DNA of 64,000 nucleotides, from the NCBI GenBank assembly GCA_965216565.1, contig OZ244170.1:4000001-4064000 (forward strand), in the 5' to 3' direction. Both the position numbers and the translations under genes were made by a program. Under the pieces are notes generated by a model. The model was not told where the DNA came from, made no database searches, and worked only from the letters and a program-made list of their open reading frames with translations. This DNA is from Bythopirellula sp. GTDB lineage: Bacteria; Planctomycetota; Planctomycetia; Pirellulales; Lacipirellulaceae. Below, piece by piece: positions 59,501-64,000 of the stretch; the stretch's first letter is position 1; every line of letters starts with the position of its first letter.

Positions 59501-60545
59501 AGTGATTAGCTGTGTCTAAATCGAGAATACCGTTGTCACTAGGTTGAGTAAGTCGGGCTCGGGGAGCACTCGCAAGAGAGAATCGCTGATCGAAATCGAG
59601 ACTCAACGAGAACTGACTGTTGGCATCCGTTTCAAATGCATCGAGTGCTGGTGAATAGGTCGAAACGTTCACTAAATCCAAGTCGGGATCAAATTCGATC
59701 AGCTGCAGAAAACCATCTGCACCGGCAGGCCGTTCTTGAAAATTGGCAAGAATTTCTATGACTTCGTCCCCGGCACTATTGAGAGAGACTTGGTGTGCCT
59801 CTCCCCCGAAGTGACCGCCTAGGACCATGAAGATTTGAGGGTTTGGACTCACAAGATCCTGAAAGACGTCCTCACCCGAACGCCCGTCCGTAGTCAATTG
59901 TTGGGTTGAATGTACGCCACTGGAATTGACGTATGCGTGGGTGGTAAGAATGGTTGGTAAGTCAGCGTAAGCATCGAGTATGCCCTGAGCCCAGGTGATG
60001 GCGGCGTCGCGGGCTTCCCATTCGATTGTGAGATGGAGGAACTGCCGGTTGTCTGCGGTAAAAATCTGGAAATGGTTCAGTTCGTCAAAAGACGATCCGC
60101 CATACCAGCTTTTGCCGTCGTAGCGAGAAGCACCGAAATACTGAGTATATTTCGACGCCCCTTGGTGCGTGTTGTCGTCATCATAGTCGTGGTTGCCAAT
60201 GGCCGCGCTATAAGGCAGCAATCCGTCAGGGTCGTTGATGGGGTTGCCATCGAGAATGCTTATCGCGGTGTCGATATTTTGCCACTGCAAATCGTCTTCT
60301 GGGTCATCGACTAAGTCGCCTACTTGAGACAGAAAAACAATGTTGTTGCTTACCACATGGTCGGCGACCCATTGCGTTTGAGCATTCAGCGTGGCGGGAG
60401 ACGACTCCGCCAGCGTTTGCGTATCTGGCAGGAGCACGATGGAGTAGGGAGTGCTGGCGAGCATCACCCGCTGCTCAAGCTGTTCGATTGACAGCCGCAA
60501 GTCGGTACGCCGTGAGTGGGTCCGTTGTCGCTTCATTATTTGCAA
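56553..60545 (-). CDS. Extracellular calcineurin-like metallophosphoesterase with FDGSDV repeats, cadherin-like domains and a dockerin/EF-hand-like C-terminus
   Basis: IEQLEQRVMLA; PDTQ, GDLVD, GNHD, TTH and GH motifs; eight [FL]DGS-type repeats; DFVDDDVIDGLDFLAWQ..G...GDSDGDGDVD..DL..W. Confidence 0.82.
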   Translation of the reverse strand: MQIMKRQRTHSRRTDLRLSIEQLEQRVMLASTPYSIVLLPDTQTLAESSPATLNAQTQWVADHVVSNNIVFLSQVGDLVDDPEDDLQWQNIDTAISILDGNPINDPDGLLPYSAAIGNHDYDDDNTHQGASKYTQYFGASRYDGKSWYGGSSFDELNHFQIFTADNRQFLHLTIEWEARDAAITWAQGILDAYADLPTILTTHAYVNSSGVHSTQQLTTDGRSGEDVFQDLVSPNPQIFMVLGGHFGGEAHQVSLNSAGDEVIEILANFQERPAGADGFLQLIEFDPDLDLVNVSTYSPALDAFETDANSQFSLSLDFDQRFSLASAPRARLTQPSDNGILDLDTANHSVLVNTVQSSLEISLLDFSSGLDDATVTSATVSLTKDGVPQTESTDYTFAYDSTLDQVTLSPVASTFDDGTYEISLNFGAAKIADNDTNELVPVTLSVEVDTTIPNPPESLYFALNSMATLPGGITVEDEDIAFFDGLSFSAYFDGSDVGLSGLEIDAFDIASENELLFSFASSGTVPGIAETVDDSDIVKFTATELGSTTSGTFELYFDGSDVSLTTSGEDINSLDLLADGRILVSTRGTFDVGAITGADEDIFLFTPTSLGSTTAGAWELHFDGSDVSLEGEDIDALSVYQNGDIYLSAVDAFDLADSNIRDDDVFVFSPTTLGNNTTGNYASNLLLDGSLYGLSPFDVVAVHIPSASAGNTTLQAQDDSLFLSEGGTAGQLVGGAFSLLDNDLPSGSLMVTTTPITAPSFGTLTLNADGTFGYTHDGSENFTDSFVYEVQDAGGLSDTALVSINIDPVNDPPSLAGLPDVSLIENGTDNSIDLDAFYSDVETPATAAVFTILSSFSGISAAIDPVSHVLTIAADPGFTGEGDLTIQVTDSGDGGSSSLNSSDTLHVTVVPGQDSVLLLGVNQTSTVGNITADNEDVLIFNGIGFEVLFDGSDVGIEAARVDGFTLLSPSELLLSFSLGVTIPGIAGTVEDMDIVKFTGTHFGETTQGTFELFFDGSDVGLDGSSSDIDAIDVLPDGRVLVSIAGSDTILGLSVRDDDLIAFTSTSLGDNTAGTWELYFDGSDVGLSPEDVTGVSVDAGGNIYLAVQSDFVAGSVSGEDEDVFVFDPTSLGPTTSGTFTSPLYFDGSQFGIVDAELVGLQIAPTSLLPSMGVPSADFVDDDVIDGLDFLAWQIGFGISSGALQSDGDSDGDGDVDTSDLAVWESTYGQTELLPLAGSSANDSRTAVATPNAMIDAAMALNWDRDTVDERTSIMSEQSTVESSFVQTFMPRQAALMDRAGENLDLQSSTTSESETAEQAGLVDELLERAFS

Positions 60546-60621
60546 CTCTGCAGCCCTTGATAGGGATCACTCAATCAACTCCGGCTGCAATTTCAGTCTC
60601 GCAAGGGCACGCCACGAGGGG

Positions 60622-61644
60622 TTAATCCCCTCGAGTACGATGTTTCCACCAGTAAGCCATCAGCTGTGCTCTTAGAACTTGTGTGTTTGTACTCTGACCG
60701 ATGTTAATGCGATTCAACGCTAGGGGGTCGGCCGTACTAATATTGTTAATTCCGCGCTGAACCGAGAAGGCGATCTCGATGCCAGCGTTTTTCGCTATTT
60801 CGGCAATTTCTGTGTTCGATGCTCCACCTGGGTAAGCAAAGATGGGGAGCACCTCGCCAATTTCGCGCTTTAAATCGTTATACGAACCGACGATCTCGCG
60901 TTGTGCGTCTCCCAGCGAAATCTGTGTAAGTAACGGGTGCGTTTGCGTGTGGGGCGCTAGCGTTACACCTTGATGAGCTAATTCTCGCAACTCGTCCCAA
61001 CTCATCACACTTGGCGGCGGCAAATCAACTGCTTGCTGCTCGCAAAGATCGTCGACCAATTGCATGGCGTGTTGATGTTCTAGTTGCTTTACATGATCGC
61101 GAATCATTCTATAGGCGAGCGTGCGCTGCTCGTCTGACGAAAGATCAAGCTCTCCGCACGGCGTAGTAATCGACTGTTCTCTGCCATACCAAATTGCCAG
61201 ATGTAAGCGATCCCACCAAAATCGTCGCTCTGCCGCATCTGGATAAGCGGTGGGAACGAAGACCGTCGCAGGTAAGTTGCGCGACTGTAAGGCAGGCCAG
61301 GCAAACTCAGCAAAGTCGCGGCAAGCGTCGTCGAAAGTGATCGCTATGGAATTTGGGGGCAGCACCGCCTCGCCTCGGCATGCCTTCAGCACATCTGCCA
61401 TCGATACTACTTGGCCCATCTCAAGTACCAAATCGAGTTGGTCGGCAAACTGCTCTGGGGTGGCACTAATTAAGCCTGGATAAAGCTCGGGAGTATCTGC
61501 TGCATAGTCGACCCGATGATACGTAAGTACCGCCAGCGTATCTGAGCGCGGGGAGCCAGCCACTCGGTCCAGCATTTGGAGCATGGCACCAAATGTGGTA
61601 GTGCTGGCCGCGCTGAGCGCTGATTGTCGAAGTGTTTTAAGCAT
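60622..61644 (-). CDS. Polysaccharide deacetylase (NodB/CE4 family)
   Basis: VLTYHRV, AITFDDA, PATVFVPT, MSWDEL, HTQTHP and FAYPGG. Confidence 0.9.
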   Translation of the reverse strand: MLKTLRQSALSAASTTTFGAMLQMLDRVAGSPRSDTLAVLTYHRVDYAADTPELYPGLISATPEQFADQLDLVLEMGQVVSMADVLKACRGEAVLPPNSIAITFDDACRDFAEFAWPALQSRNLPATVFVPTAYPDAAERRFWWDRLHLAIWYGREQSITTPCGELDLSSDEQRTLAYRMIRDHVKQLEHQHAMQLVDDLCEQQAVDLPPPSVMSWDELRELAHQGVTLAPHTQTHPLLTQISLGDAQREIVGSYNDLKREIGEVLPIFAYPGGASNTEIAEIAKNAGIEIAFSVQRGINNISTADPLALNRINIGQSTNTQVLRAQLMAYWWKHRTRGD

Positions 61645-61646
61645 AT

Positions 61647-62969
61647 TTACTTTGCTGGACGTGCCATTGAAGGATTCATCTCCGTCAAATCGCTGCCCTG
61701 CCCTGCTTCGGGGCGATTCCCTTCAGAGTGAGTAGCGCGACGACGCAACCGAGATGTCAAAGCTTGTAGTCCCGCCCGGCAGAGATTACTTGCGATCTGC
61801 ACAGCAGGCATGGGATCGCAGAGCGAGAGAATATCGAATGTGTAGCTTGGTCGCAGCAGGTCGGTCATTGCCCCCAATGCTTCGCGCCGCTTCGGCAATT
61901 TCATCACCGGATGGGCAGAAGTTCCCCGCAAGACCCGCAGAATCCAGCTGATCTCCTTCTGGAAATTCTGCACCCGCACGCCGGTGCGATACTCTGGGAG
62001 CGTAGCTGATGTGTCGTCCGGAGATCCTTGTAGCGTCAACTCGCAAAGCTCAACGGGAAAATTGACACCAGCAGCAACAGCCACCGGCAAAGAACCCCAA
62101 ATGCGACCATTGATTTCCATCAACCGCGCTTCGCCTTGTTCGTTCTGCTTGAATTCAGCCATAGCCAGGCCGGTCCAATTCAACGCCTTCAGCAGATCGA
62201 GCGTATGTCCGTAGAGCTTCGGATCGAGAGATTCACTTTGACGCAGTGAGCTAGCGCCGCCAGTAAGAGGGACTTCGCGGAGCCGACGATGCTGAAATGC
62301 ACAAATAGGTTCGCCTTTGTGAGCGAGCACTTCCACGCCAACGCCCGCACCCTGAAAATACTCCTGCAACAATACCGCACACTGTCCCTCGAATGCGGCC
62401 ATTTTATCACGCAATTCAGTTTCATCGCGTGCGTATTCTACGCTCCAAACACGTACCGCCTCCTCGCCCGCAAGTGTGTGGGAAGAATTGGGTTTTAGAA
62501 CGAGAGGCCAGCCAAAATCAGGAGCTGCGTCGATTGCTTCTTCGACGCTGTGCACCAGGCAGGTCCGTGGGTAAGGTACGTCTAGTTGATCGGCCAGTTT
62601 AAACGTCAGCCCCTTGTCGCGCACGGTAGCCACAGAGTCGGCCGGCGCCCATGGAACCCGGCAAACCTTTTCCACACGTTCGCGTTCTGCTTCCAAAGGT
62701 AAGCCCGTTTGTTCGGTAACGGGCAGGATCAAATCTATGTTGTATTGCTCCACCGCCTGCAGCAAATCTTCGATGAACTGATGCGGGTCCGTTTTGGGGC
62801 ACGCGTACACAAGGCGATGCTTCGCGTATCGCGTTGCCAGTCCAGGACTACGAGGATCTGCGTCTGCCGCTACGACCTCGTAGCCACTGCGAGCTAGCGC
62901 ACGGATCGATGCTACTGCCGCTCCTCGGCAGGCGTCGGTAACAAGAACTCTGGCTTTGGGAGATTTCAC
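61647..62969 (-). CDS. ATP-grasp ligase
   Basis: DKGLT, P.VLKP, LLQEY, AMAEFK and LMEINGR.WGS. Confidence 0.85.
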   Translation of the reverse strand: MKSPKARVLVTDACRGAAVASIRALARSGYEVVAADADPRSPGLATRYAKHRLVYACPKTDPHQFIEDLLQAVEQYNIDLILPVTEQTGLPLEAERERVEKVCRVPWAPADSVATVRDKGLTFKLADQLDVPYPRTCLVHSVEEAIDAAPDFGWPLVLKPNSSHTLAGEEAVRVWSVEYARDETELRDKMAAFEGQCAVLLQEYFQGAGVGVEVLAHKGEPICAFQHRRLREVPLTGGASSLRQSESLDPKLYGHTLDLLKALNWTGLAMAEFKQNEQGEARLMEINGRIWGSLPVAVAAGVNFPVELCELTLQGSPDDTSATLPEYRTGVRVQNFQKEISWILRVLRGTSAHPVMKLPKRREALGAMTDLLRPSYTFDILSLCDPMPAVQIASNLCRAGLQALTSRLRRRATHSEGNRPEAGQGSDLTEMNPSMARPAK

Positions 62970-63670
62970 TACGGATTACTCTTAGGATTGTTCTGTTCGT
63001 AAAACGTCGTGATCCGCCGACTCACATCTTGCACGACGTCGTCTAGACTCTGGCTGGCATCAACAACTTCGAAATGCTTCACCAGATCTTTCATTTCCAG
63101 ATAGTCGCTTCGCCGTTGTTCCAGTAGTTCCAGTGTCCCCTCCCCCTTCCGCTGAAAGAGTATTTCCGCAGGAGCGTCGAGAAACACCAATAAATCGGGG
63201 CGAGGGTAAAAGCGGTTTAGCATATACCCGTGGAATCGTTGCATCCTCGTCCGCGGCGCATGATTGGCAATGTCGTAAGCGTAATAGTCCGGAAAAAAAT
63301 GACGATCGAAAATCACAACGCATTGTTTCCGCAGGTAATACCAGGCAATGCCTTGTCGATACCATTCTTCAGCGAACCGGTTTGCCACGCTAAGGGATGA
63401 TTTTGCCGTTTTCAACGATCGCTTGAACCAGCCCCGTTGAGGCACTGCATTCTCTAATTGTTTTTCGCGAGGCCCTCCCGCATATTTTTTCTTTCCCGTT
63501 ACCCGCCACAGCGCTTGTGCGAAGCGGGTCGTCGGCAACAAATGGTTGCAGGCTTCGTGATTGACACCCATATAGACATATTTTGTCGGGACCGGTAGGC
63601 TCTCGCGCAGTCGGGCTGCGACTGTCGTCTTTCCTGAGCCATCGGGGCCGATTAATGCGACGGTAAACAT
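62969..63670 (-). CDS. Thymidylate-kinase-like P-loop kinase
   Basis: VALIGPDGSGKTT, VIFDRH, P.PDL..FLDAP and RKGE. Confidence 0.78.
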   Translation of the reverse strand: MFTVALIGPDGSGKTTVAARLRESLPVPTKYVYMGVNHEACNHLLPTTRFAQALWRVTGKKKYAGGPREKQLENAVPQRGWFKRSLKTAKSSLSVANRFAEEWYRQGIAWYYLRKQCVVIFDRHFFPDYYAYDIANHAPRTRMQRFHGYMLNRFYPRPDLLVFLDAPAEILFQRKGEGTLELLEQRRSDYLEMKDLVKHFEVVDASQSLDDVVQDVSRRITTFYEQNNPKSNP

Positions 63671-64000
63671 ACTTCTTCCATTACAGATTCAATAGCTTCA
63701 AATAATTCGTTGAGATTTACATCCTGCGGTCGCGCAACAGAATAGACGTTCTTTCCCTCAACGAGTTGGTCTATCAGTTGGGCGCGCCGCGCGTAAAACT
63801 CGTCCAGCAATCCTGAGGAAGGCTGTCGATGAATCGCTTCAATGTGGTTCGTATAGAGTAAGTCAGCGGTATCGGCATCTTGCAATTCTGTCAATCGACG
63901 AACCGCGTCATCCTTGCTGAGTTGGCGTACGTCGATGTCAGTACTGGTATGGGTACTAACGAGCAGGATCGTCTGGAGGGTGGCTGACCGTGGACTAATC
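63652..64000 (-). CDS. C-terminal part of an unknown protein (frame open to the window edge)
   Basis: The frame of ORF 63652..63894 stays open to 63999 (ISPRSATLQTILLVSTH...) and overlaps the start of the next gene. Confidence 0.6.
   Translation of the reverse strand, partial: ISPRSATLQTILLVSTHTSTDIDVRQLSKDDAVRRLTELQDADTADLLYTNHIEAIHRQPSSGLLDEFYARRAQLIDQLVEGKNVYSVARPQDVNLNELFEAIESVMEEVCLPSH

Overview
Gene-dense bacterial DNA, very likely from a planctomycete (Pirellulales-like). This rests on LEPR-XLL-type N-termini on the giant proteins, an 'RFRVRTLL' N-terminal motif, a PEP-CTERM protein and zinc-ribbon/DUF4190 membrane proteins. No rRNA, tRNA or CRISPR was seen. The main result is a ~12.5 kb minus-strand operon (24117 to 11604) encoding an apparently complete, membrane-associated, eukaryote-style ubiquitination cascade. 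In order it carries a Ubl with a 17-aa tail after its ...ITAG glycine, an E1, a membrane-anchored JAB/JAMM peptidase, a polytopic protein with a degenerate FHA domain, two Zn-ribbon membrane proteins, two RING-like proteins (one fused to a trypsin-like protease), a UBC-type E2, DUF2752 and a large TPR protein. A glycan-synthesis cluster follows. It contains two kinase-GT2 fusions whose GT halves lack the DxD motif, two tandem nucleotidyltransferase/NDK-like proteins, and seven proteins ending in -AA. Further features are three giant extracellular proteins (one with a near-perfect 1461-bp internal duplication), a TolC/HlyD/HlyD/M50-HlyD operon with no ABC ATPase, an IS630 remnant, REP/MITE-like repeats, and the distal end of an EPS locus (Wza-like, deacetylase, ATP-grasp, dTMP-kinase-like). 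All family calls come from motifs read by eye; no searches were run.
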